In this document: in pieces, positions 24,671 to 36,600 of the stretch
Numbering within the stretch: position 1 is the first letter of the stretch
How the letters are laid out: the number at the start of each line of letters is the position of its first letter
The notes under the pieces: generated by a model
What the model was told of the DNA's origin: nothing
Databases searched by the model: none
What the model saw: only the letters and a program-made list of their open reading frames with translations
Assembly (NCBI RefSeq): GCF_964213995.1
Contig: NC_135830.1
Coordinates: 10,974,001-11,038,000 of the forward strand
Length of the DNA stretch: 64,000 bases
Direction of reading: 5' to 3'
DNA from: Mustelus asterias
Lineage: Eukaryota
Program-made: the position numbers and the translations under genes

Positions 24671-27600
24671 GTGAGTAGTTGTTATTGTCCAAATCTCCCA
24701 CTGTTACTGTCTCAGTGTTATTCTATTGCTGGATTGTTTCAGAGTCAGGAATTATTTCCCCCGGATTAATCCTCGGGGTTTTTGATATTTTTACAGGTGT
24801 CCAGACGCAGGTTGTGTTCACTCAGCCGGAGGCAGCGACCGGGCGACCCGGAGATTTGGACAATAACAACTACTCACCGGATAAGAAAGTCAGCAACAAA
24901 CTGAGAGAAATCGCCGAGCTCATCCTTCTTGTCATTTGGAGGAAATGGTTTTGTCAAAAACTCAGTGAACAAACCAGCTCCCGGACTGTTGGATTCCCGT
25001 CCCACTGTAAAACCGGCGTCTTCCCTCTTTCTCACGCTTACATGTACTGGGTCCGACTCGTTCCCGGAAAGGAGCTGGAGTGGTTGGTTTTCTATCTTTC
25101 TTCCTCCAACAACAAGTACGCCCCAGGGATTCAGAATAGATTCGTTGCGTCCAAAGAGCTTTCAACCAATATATTCACTTTGGATATGAATAACCTGAAG
25201 AGCGAAGACACCGCCATCTATTACTGTGCATGGCAGACATCATTACCTGCGACGAATTTCGTCGACTTCTGGGGACCAGGAACCGCAGTGACAGTCACTG
25301 CAGGTAAGCGCATCGCATTTATTTAGTTACTGTTCTGCTTGAGTCTTTTAAAAATATTTTTCTCTATTTTGAAATGTCATTTGTTCACTGAAATGTGTGT
25401 TTGGTGGACACTGTATTGAGATTTGTTTTTACAATTGCATGTGATTCTGCTGAAAGGGGTTATAGAAGTGCGTTGTTTGTGGACAACGGGTGCTGCTGAC
25501 CTATCCGGTCCCTGACTGTTGTGACTTGGTGTTTATCTATGGGTATGCTTTGTGTCCGGGTTACTTTGAATATCTGTTAAACAGATTGTTGTTTCTACAG
25601 TGTGTCACCTCGGTGACGTCTGATTGCTACAGTTTTTCCGATCTAATGAAAACAGCAAAATGTTTAAATATGTTTTCAATATCACTGTCGTCAGAAATAT
25701 TTAGCAGTTAGATTTCTATAATCAAGTAGTTTTTGTGATAATTGGATTAGCATGTGTTAATATAACGCTCATGAATGCTCACATGCAATATTAAAAATCT
25801 CAACGCAATTAAAGGCTCTATTAGGTGCCCTTATTCAGATATACATTTATATAAAACTGCAATATCCATAATGCTCATGCTGTGGTTATATGATAAGATA
25901 TTAATAAATAATTATAATGTCACAATATTAGCTTGTTAAACATATTTCGTCGACTCACAGAAAGTAGTTGAGGACCAAAGATCGTATGTTTTCAAGAAGG
26001 AGTTAGATATAGCTCTTGAGACGAAAGTCATCAAAGGATATGTGGTGGGGGGGGGGGGAGGGGGAGGGGGGGAGGGGGGTGGGGAGGCGTTGTGGTAGGG
26101 ACCAGGAGTTGGGTAATCAACCATGATTAGACTGAAGAGCGTTGCAGGCTCGAAGGGCCGAATCATCCAATCCTGCTCCTGTTATCTTTGTTTCTGTGTT
26201 TTTCACAGTGCTGTCGCCAATATTCCCATTCTCTGTTATAAAAAAAAAATTATGATGTGGTGATGCCGGCGTTGGATTTGGGATAAGCACAGTACGAAGT
26301 CTCACAACACCAGGTTAAAGTCCAACAGGTTTATTTGGTAGCGTATGCATTCGGAGTATTGCTCTTTATTCACGTGAGTGAAGAGTTGCGTTCACAAACA
26401 GGACATACATAGACACAGACGCAATTTACAAGATAATGGTTGGAATACGAGTCTTTAGAGGTAATCAAGTATTGACGGTAGAGACAATGTTAGTGGAGAG
26501 AGGGTGAAGCACAGGTTAAAGAGGTGTGAATTGTCTCCAGCCAGGATAGTTACTGAGATTTTGCAAGCCCAGGCAAGTCGTGGGTGTTACAGATAGTGTG
26601 ACATGAACCCGAGATCCCGGTTGAGGCCGTCCTCATGTGTGCGGAACTTGGCTATCAGTTTTTGCTCAGCAATTCTGCGTTGTCATGTGGCGTGAAGGCC
26701 GCCTTGGAGAACGCTTACCCGAAGACGGGCATTCAGCCTCTGATTTTGGGTTCATGTCACTCGATCTGTAATCCCCATGAATTGCCTGGGCTTGCAAAAT
26801 CTCACTAACTGTCCTGGCTGGAGACAATTCACACGTCTTCAACCTGTGCTTAACCCTCTCTCCACTCAATTGTCTGTACCGGTAAAGACTTGACTACCTG
26901 TAAAGACTCGCATTCCAACCATGATCTGGTAAATTGAATCTGTGTCTGTGTATGCCCTGTTTCTGAACAAAACTCTTAACTCACTTGAAGAAGGAGCAAT
27001 ACTCCGAAAGCTTTTGCTGCCAAATAAACCTGTTGGACTTTTACCTGGTGTTGTGAGACTTCTTACTTTTTTGAATTATTCATTCGTTCTGTGACCAATG
27101 TCTGTCTGGCTGCTGCATTGCGATTTGCTTGTCATAATATATTTCATGCTGTTGGCAGTCTCCTTTTAGAATCATGTTGCTCCTCTTTGAAAGGGAATAA
27201 GGCAGTGGTTTGTTGTTTAGTTTTTGAAAAGTGTGTGCTCCGGACCTGCTTTGCATGATGAATGTTTGTGAAATTCTTTGGCGGTTATGCATTGTTTAAA
27301 GACAGTGACATGGAGCAGTTGCATATTTTCTGATCAAATGCAAATGTTGCACCTTTTTAAAGGCGATTGGTTGAATGAAAGGGGCCGGTTTCAGAGTGAA
27401 AAATTATGTTTTAAATGATGCCTCCATGCATGATTGAAATATTAGTGAAAATGGCATGTTGGATCATTAAGCGTTCATTTAGCACGTGATTTTGAATACA
27501 ATTACAATCTGTATAATTTGCAAATTGGAGAGTAAAATGAATTTAATTGAAACAATTAAAGTATGGTAAGTCTCTCAACGTTAATTAAATATGTAATTTT

Positions 27601-30600
27601 TAAAAATCGCCATCTGTTAATAATTTAACATTTGTTTTACAATTCTGCAGTTCATTATGCATAACTGACGTGAGTGAAGACTGTTATAGACTGAGGAGAA
27701 TTTTGAAATATTTCTGAAATAATTTTAATAAAACATGCTGATTCCACCGTTGTTTTCCGGTTGGTGAGCTGTGTTGAATTAATTGACGGAACCCTGATCA
27801 CGGGAGCTGAATTAATGTTTGCAGGTACTCAGATCATAAATATAAGTCATAAATTTCCATTGGTGAATATCTCCTGCTCTTCAATACTTTGTCGCAGCCG
27901 CAACCATGTAATTCCTTCAATGTCATTTATTTTTCCATTGCAAGATAATAGTAAACATAGAAACATAAAAACATAGATATTAGAAGAAGGAGTTGGCCAT
28001 TCGGCCATTCGATCCTGCACCACTATCCATTATGATCGTGGCTGATCATCGAATTCAATATCCTGATCCCCGCTTTCCCCATATCTCTTGACCCGTTTCG
28101 CCCCAGAGCTCTCTCTAATTTCCTTTTGAAATCACACAATATTTTGACATCAACTATTTTTTCTGGTACAATATCACAAAAGAAATCACTCTCAGTGTGA
28201 AGAAAATGTTCCTCACCTCAAACAATGACCCCTGGTTCTGGACTCGCCCACCAACGGCAAAATTCTTTCTGAATCTATCCTGTCTAACCCTTCCAGAATT
28301 TTATAAGTTTCTATGAGATCCCCTCTCACTCTTCTAAACTCCAGCGAATACAATCCTAACCGACTCAGTCTCTCCTCATATTCCTCATATGACAGACATG
28401 CCATCCCAGGAATCAGCCTGGTAAATCTTCGCTGTTCTCCCTCTATAGCAAGGGCATCCTTCCTCAGATAGGGACAGCAAAACTGCACACAATGCTCCAG
28501 GTGTGGCCTCACCAAGTCCCTGTGCAATTGCAGTGAAACTTTCCTATTTCTTCACTCAAATCCTCTGTCTATGAAAGCCAACAAATCATTTCCCTTCTTT
28601 ACTGCCTGCTGTACCAGTGCATTACTTTCAGCGACTGATGCACGAGGAAACCAAGGTTTTACTGAATATCCACCTCTCTCAATTTGCATCCAATTACATA
28701 GTCATTAAATACTGTTTTTATCTTCTTTTAAATCTGAGAACTGAATGTCGTTGTCTTTCATATGATAGTTTCAAATGCAGGAAGGTGAAGGCAGTGTAAG
28801 ATTAACAAAGAAATATTTGGAATTCTGAAAGACAAATTTAATCACTAAAGTCTAAAATTTGTTTTGAACTTAACAACAATATCTTGTCACCCAAAGCTAT
28901 GCCAGACATAGGATAGAATTATATATAAAGATCGAAATAAAATTAGCCTTAATAATTAATTATTCTTAAATATGAAATTGAACAACAAGATCTCAACTCC
29001 ATTTTCTCCTGAGCTCTCAGTGCAGCAGATAATTAGAGTGAATTATTCCCATTCACCTGTACAATATTCATTTGGACCTCCTTTTAATAAATCACACAAT
29101 TCAGTCATTAATTAATAAGATTTCGGGAATAGGGCCTTGTTGTATGCTTTGCCTGAGAGTCGGTGCAGACTCTATGGACTGAATGGCGTCCTTCTGCACT
29201 GTAGACATGATTGTATGATTCTATGACTGTGAGAATTGCAGGAGGAGCATATAAAATAATGTCATTAAAAGGAAGCGGCAGTATTACTGATTGCAAATTC
29301 GCCAAATGTTTAAATTTAGGCATGATTTGTTACGATCCCAATTGATGTTATAACTCGATGGGAAGATTCCAGAATAGAATTCTGGCGCAAAAAAACCCCC
29401 ATTAATATTTACGTTTTTAAAAGAATTAAAACGTGGAGGAACAGAGTCACAGGACAGCTAATCTGTTTTTCCGATTAAAAAAATAAAGAAACGTGTAAAA
29501 ATTGGATGATGGTACAATACACCTTTACTCCCCTCTTATTTTAACAAATGCATCCAGATTTCAAGATTAGCACAGATTACAAGGTACATTGCACTCATTG
29601 TTCTCATAAACACATAAAGTCCTTCTTAAGCACACAAGATGATAATGATATCCAAGTGAATGTCTGTGGAATTCTCCTCAGGATCCCCCCCCCCCCGCCC
29701 CTTCCCCCCCTCCCCCCCGGCCCAAATCCTTCCACCGCCCCCCATCAGATGATTGTCACATGAGAATTCCCACACGACGCTCCCAAAAGCAAGCTTTAAA
29801 ACATTTTTTCTCAGACTGAGAGAAGGCGATGGCCTGGTGCTATTATCGCTAGACTATTAATTCAGAAACATAGTTAATGTTCTGGGAACCCGCCATGGCA
29901 GATGGTGGAATTTGAATTTAATGAAAAATACCAGGAATTAAGAAACTACTGATGACCATGAAACGATTGTCATGGTCGAAAGAAAACATCTGGTTCACTA
30001 ATGTCCATCAAGGAAGGAAATCTGCCCTCCTTACCTGGTCTGGCCTGCATGTGTCTCCAGAGTCACAGCAATGTGGTTGACTCTCAATTCCCTCCAACAG
30101 CAACTCGGGATGGGCAATGAATTCTTGCCAGCCAATGACGCCCATGACCCACGAATGAATTACAACCAATGCATTCACTATTTCTGAAGTTGCAAAGTTT
30201 GGGATCCTAGGATGCAAGCCCTGAGGGTCTGGGGACATTTCTGCCTTTAGTCCCATTAGCTTTTCTAATATTACTTCTCTCATGATTGTGATGGCATTTA
30301 ATTCCACTCCGTATCTTTAGTATTAATGGAATGTTCGAAATTTCTTCCACCGTAAATATTGATGCAACATATCTTTTCAACTCTTCTGCCGTTTCCTGGT
30401 TCCACATAACCATATTCCTGAATTCGTTTTCTGAGGGGCCTATGTTCACTTTGACCTCTCGCTTCCTTTTTATGTATTGAAAGAAGATCCTATTCTTAGT
30501 CTTGATATTCTTCGCTAATTTGCCCTCATAGTTTAATTTCTCTCACGTTATTTTCTTAGTCCCCCTTTGATGCATTCCGAATTAATCCAGTCTTCGGTGC

Positions 30601-33600
30601 CATCACTGAATTTTGCCTCCTTATATGCTTTTTATCTTGCAACTTAATACTCTCCTTGGTTAACCATGGTTGGTTTATCCCTCTCTGAGATTGTTTCATC
30701 CTTTCTAGGATATATTTTTGCTGAGAGTCATTAATTGCTTCCTTAAATATCTGCACTACTTGCTTCTTATATTTCTGGCTAATTTATTCATCCAGTTCTC
30801 TTTAGCTAATTCTATCTTCATTTCATTGTCATTACTTTACTTAACTTAAACACAGTTGTTTCGGACCCAAATGTTTCACTCTCAAACTGAATATTAAATT
30901 CGATCACGTTTTGATCACTACTTTCTCGGGAATATCTTCGTCTGAGGTTATTTATTAAACTTGCCTCATTACCCCTTGGAAGATCGATAGTAGATTTTTC
31001 CCTGGTTGGTTCCATGACATTTTGCTCTCGGAAACTATCCATTAGGCACTCTCTGAGTTCGTTGTCCTAGCTTTCATTTCCAACCTGATGAGCCCAATCA
31101 ACATGAAATTAAATTGACCCATAATTATTGCTCCAATATATTTATATGCACTTACTATTTTCAAGTTATACCCTTTCCTATGGCGTGGCGACTGTTTGGT
31201 TGTCTATACACTACTCCCAACAATGTCTTCTTTCCTTGCTGTTTTTTACCTCCATCCAAATAAACAGGGATAACAGTGTCTAACTTGTGCAATTGATTTT
31301 TTGTTTTCGCAGCCTCACCGTCTCCACCCTCCCTCTATGGACTGTTCTCCTCCAGTGAACAAACAAACGCAGCTGGTACCATGATCTACGGCTGTTTGGC
31401 AATGGACTATTTCCCAGAAATCACTAGCCTTGTCTGGAAGAAAAATCAAGTGGCGATCACCACTGGATTGAGGACGTACCCATCAGTGTTAAACAACAAG
31501 GGATCCCACACGCTGAGCAGCCAGTTAACCATAAAAGAGTCTGATATAGGAAGCAGCAAAATTTACTGCGAGGTGCGACGCAGTGAGTCGGCCTGGAAAA
31601 AGGAAATGCCAGGTTAGTCTGAGACACATGCAGTGGATTAGGTGTTGGTGATTTTATGGGGGTGAATTGTAAGCAGACAGGTACTAATTCTGGAGTATAT
31701 GATTATGAATTGAAGGTCTGTATTGTGTGAAATCTGTGTACTTATACTTGGTTTACTCTGGATAATCCTACTTTCCTTGTGACATTCAGTGCAGTCTCCT
31801 CATCACACTCTGCACCATGTACTGTTCCGGTGTCCTCAACGCACACATGCACTGTGTACAGTTTCAGTCCCTTCGCATAGTCAGTGCACTGTGCACAGTT
31901 CCGGTCTGCAGATCACCCTCAGTGCGTTGTGTACAGGTTTGAACTGCAGATCATACTCAGTGCGTTGTGTAAAGTTCTGGACTGCAGATCGCTCCCAGTG
32001 AATTGTGTACAGTTCTAGTCTGCAGACCACACAGTGCCATGTGTACAATTATGGTCTCCAGATCACACGCGGTGCATTGTGTACAGTTGGTGCCTTCATG
32101 TCACACCTTGAATCCTATGTACAGTTGTGGCTTCCACATTGGGAAGTTGATACAGGGGCCATGGAGTAGATGCTTGCCTATTTACGATGAGACCAGAACT
32201 GATCATGTATAATATCAATAAGGGGTGAATAAGTTGTTGGTCTTTTCTCTGCAGAAGAGAATTCTGAGGTGTGATGAAATCGAGGTGGTCAGCAGTTTAC
32301 CAAAACTAGAGCTAATGGAGAAAACAGAATGATTTTAAACTACAGGTTAGCAATTCAGAAAATTACTCACCAAAAATGCAACCCGTCAAGTAACACTTGT
32401 AGCAGTTGGGGCGTTAGAAACGCAGAACACGTGGTTCGGAACAGGTGTAGGTCATTCAACCCCTCGAGTTTCCCCCACCACGTGACAAGATCATGGCAGA
32501 TTTGATTGCGGTCGAATAGGTCGATGCAGTTACATCGATGCTCTGAAGAGGAACCTGAACAGATGCATGAGGGAAAATGTAAAGAAAGTTATTTTGATAC
32601 TGCCAGATAAAGTAGGGCGAGAAGAATTTTGTATGGAGCATAAACTCTGGCATTGAAGTGATGGACCGAGTGATCTGCTTTACAGTCGTTTTGACAACCA
32701 ACCTACATTTTTTAATTGTTTGGCCTTTATCTTATGTTTGTAAATTGTTTGGTCTGCAACAAGATTAAATGCCAATAACATGTATTTTCTTGAAGATCGT
32801 GTGATCTATTATCCAACTGTAATCCTCACGTTGAGTTCCAGTGAAGAGATCACAAGCAGCAGACTTGCAACCTTCGTCTGTTCCATCGTTGATTTTTGTC
32901 CAAAGTCAATGACGGTGAAGTGGCTGAAGAATGGACAACCCATAGATTCAGGAATTGTAACCTCCCCCGCCTTTAACGTGAACGGGAACTTCTCGGCGAG
33001 CAGCCGGCTCACAGTCCCCGCTGGGGAATGGTTCAGAAAAGCGGTCTATACCTGCCAGGTCACTCATCAAGGGCTCACTCAAAATCGTAACATCAGCAGA
33101 TCTCAAGGTAAGAGACACAACCCTTGAAATTTGGGGTGATAGGGAGCGCCAATCTCAGTCACACGCAAGATTCTTATTGGAATAATGAAAGCAATTCCCA
33201 CCATTAATTAATTTCCTTTACAATCGTGCGGGTCCTTTTCCCTTCCAATGTAAAAGGAAATACAGTACATTCCTTTCTTACAGCGTCTTTACAAACATCA
33301 GGTTGTCCCAAAATACTCACAGTCTAATTTAGAGATGAGCTCATTGCAGTGTGGACAATTTAGCATCTCTCTGTTGTGGAGAAAACTCTCAGAAAAAACC
33401 TTTTGTTTCACTCCGTTTGTTGAGGAACGCATTTTGACGAAGAAACAATCAAATGTGTCGATGTTTTCCAGCGTTCTGTGTCTATTTTCCAGATTCCCGG
33501 CATCTGCAGTATTTCACTTTAATAGCTGAAAGACCTAGCCTGGTTTCCTTCCCATTGCCCTGGGAATTTTAATGTGACAACAACGAAGCCGATTTCGGCA

Positions 33601-36600
33601 TAATGTCTGATGTCAAAGTTGGCAATTGGCAGGATACAATACTTGCTCAATAGTACATTGCTGGTGCCAGCTCACTTTTCAAACATCCAGAAGGGAAGTA
33701 ACAACAGATCTTTCTGAATGGAATTCTTCTGTGTTCTGGATTCCATTACCTCACAGAATGAGGCGATGTTCTGTTCCAATGCTGCATGATGACTGAGGAT
33801 CGTGGGTTTCAGTTTTCCCCGAAATTCATTAGACGATATTAGATACCTGCAAACCTTTATTAAAATTGTCCATGATTCCACTTGCAATTTCTCACGTCAT
33901 TCCACTTCTGTGTTCAGTTTAAGCCCCAGCATGATAAGTTCACAGATGAAGCTTGCATTCCCTTGAGTATAAAAGATTAATGGGTAATCCACTCTGAACC
34001 CAAGCGACATTCTGTGAATTTCGCCTCAAATTCCCCAGTAATCGTCAAAGCAGCGTTTTCAAACTCCTCTCCCAAAGTGCTTTAAAATCGACTTTCACAA
34101 AATTGGTTTCCACCAGCAGTTTGCGTTGCAAAGCCATTCCAGTTATTCTAACCTACTCTTTCGAAGAAAGCTTAACAATGAATTCCGCATCCAGGTTTTA
34201 CATCGCTTTCTTTAGGATCTTTTTTTTTGTCTTTACTATTGTAAGAATTCTTCACAGTTACTTGTACTATCATTTTCCATACTCCATGAAAATGGCATGG
34301 AACGTTTGATTTACTTCCGTAGACTGCCTTCCCATCTTAAATCTTGTTACTGCGACTGTCTCTTCAGCTCAGAATAAGTTACCTGCTTTTCCCTTGAATT
34401 CCCCTGACCAGGACCTTGGTCTCTGTTCCGTTAACCTCAGTCTTTGTAAGACCTTCCCTCTGTCCTAATTCACCTGCTGCCTGTTCACTTTATCAGGTTC
34501 ATTGGGAAGTCTGCCTATTGCAGCCCCCTTGCCCTGTCCAGCTTTATTTTTCCCGTAGAGTTGATCGGCGTTCACTCCCCAGTGACCTATCTCCAACTTC
34601 TTTGGCTTCCAGTTAAATTAAAAACAAAAGAGACCCCTTCAATCTAAAAAGTGATTACTAAGCAACTGTCAGCTTTTCACGCTGTAACCATTCTAAGCAC
34701 AATAGAATCAGAGTTTGAATAGAAACCAAAATCCGCACACATTTGAACAACTCTGTCTAGCGTGCATCTAAATCTAGCTTTATGTTTCCTTGCACAGAAA
34801 GACGAAATTAAACGAACTTATTCCTGATCAGCTTGTTTCTAATCTTTACAGTACAGATACAAATCCCTTAAAACAGTACATTCCACTAGATGTGTTGAGG
34901 CTGGGACTCCTCCGTGATCCTTTCGCTGCCTTGTTTATCAAGAATCTGTCTTGCTGTGCCTTAAAAATATTAAAAGACACTGCTTCCACTGCATTTTCAA
35001 GAGGTGTTCCAAATAATCGCGACCCTCTGAGAGAATAAAAAAAACAATATCCTCATCTGTGCCTTAATCAGCAACCCTTTGTTTTCACACAGTAACTCTC
35101 AATTCTAGAGTCTCCCACAGAGTCAGGCATTTCCTCCACATCAATCTTCTCAAATCGCTCAGGATATTCAAGGTTTTAATCAAGTCAACTCTTACTATTC
35201 CAAAATCCAGTGAATGCAAAGCTCGCCCTTCCAATGTTTCCTCAAAAGACAGCCCACCCAATTTAGGTATTAGTCTAGTAAACCGTCCCTGAACTATTAA
35301 TCACACGTTAACATAACTCTTTATATAGGGAGACTAATAGTGTACACAATGCTCCAGATGTGGTCTCACTAACTGCCCATACCACCTGAAACTTAACAAT
35401 CCTGCTCTTGGATTGAATTCCACTCGCAGTCAACGAAAACAGATATTACATTTGCGAATTAGTTACTATAGCTGCATAGCAGCCTTTTGTGATTCATGCA
35501 CTTCGAAATTAAAATTCATCTGCACCTCAGAGCTCTACAATCTGGTAACATTTGAATAACATGTATCTTTTTATTCCGCCTGCCAGAATGGACAATGTCA
35601 TTGCTTCCCACATTGCACTCCATTTAACAAATCTTAGCCCACTCACTTAACCTATCTATATGTTTTTGTAATCTCCTTACCTGCTCGGCATAACTTAGTT
35701 TTCAACCTATAATTGTGCCAGTAGCAAATTAAGCCACCACCACTTCAACACGTTCATCCAATTCACATGCAATTTCCAACATATTTGGACCCCAGCAATG
35801 GTCCCTATGGTGCACGACTCTTTACACCTTGCCAAACACGAATAGACGAATTGATGCCAACTCTCTTTCCTGCTTGATAGCTAATCTTCTATCTTTGCCA
35901 ATGAGTTATCCCCGAAATAATAGGCTTTAATTTTACGCAAAACCATCTGGAGCTCCAAGTACAGCACATTCGCCAATTTCCAGTTATTCAGGGACTACAG
36001 GGACTACAGGGAATGGATGTGGTAATGGGACAAGCTGCCTTTCCAATCTCTGACTTCAAAGGCAAAAGCTTTAGAAGGCTAAATAGCTACCTTATTTAAT
36101 GTAATCATACGATGATCCTTTAACCCCTGATTTTGGGGCGAGCGAAATTCAGCCCGAAACATAAGTGCTCATAAATCCATTCCATTTGTTACACGGGACA
36201 TTTATTTCAGTGATTCAACTGGCGCTCTGGGAGCAACTACGCAGGAAATATTATGGAGTTTCCCGGAATTGTTCTAAGTCACTGTCCTTCAAATAAGAAT
36301 GGCGTTTACGCGATACCAGGCGAATGAGTATAACAAATATGTATTCCCATTGAAAGTGAGTTAACTGAACACCGGTGATTTGAATCTGAAGATAATGTTT
36401 GGATTAATTTTCGTTTCTGTTTGACAGGTGATTCTACGTGCAGCGATCCCATAATCACTCTGCTGCCTCCGACAATAGAGCAGGTTTTACTGGAGGCGAT
36501 CGTGACCTTAACCTGCATCGTGGCTAATGCTCCTTATGGAGTCAAGGTGTCCTGGAGCCAAGAAAAGAAGCCTTTGACGTCAGAGATTGCAGTCCGGCTT

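Noticed and set aside
31820-32130. CRISPR array or classical switch region
   Set aside because: Vertebrate DNA with no spacers; lies 3' of CH1, not upstream of the C region
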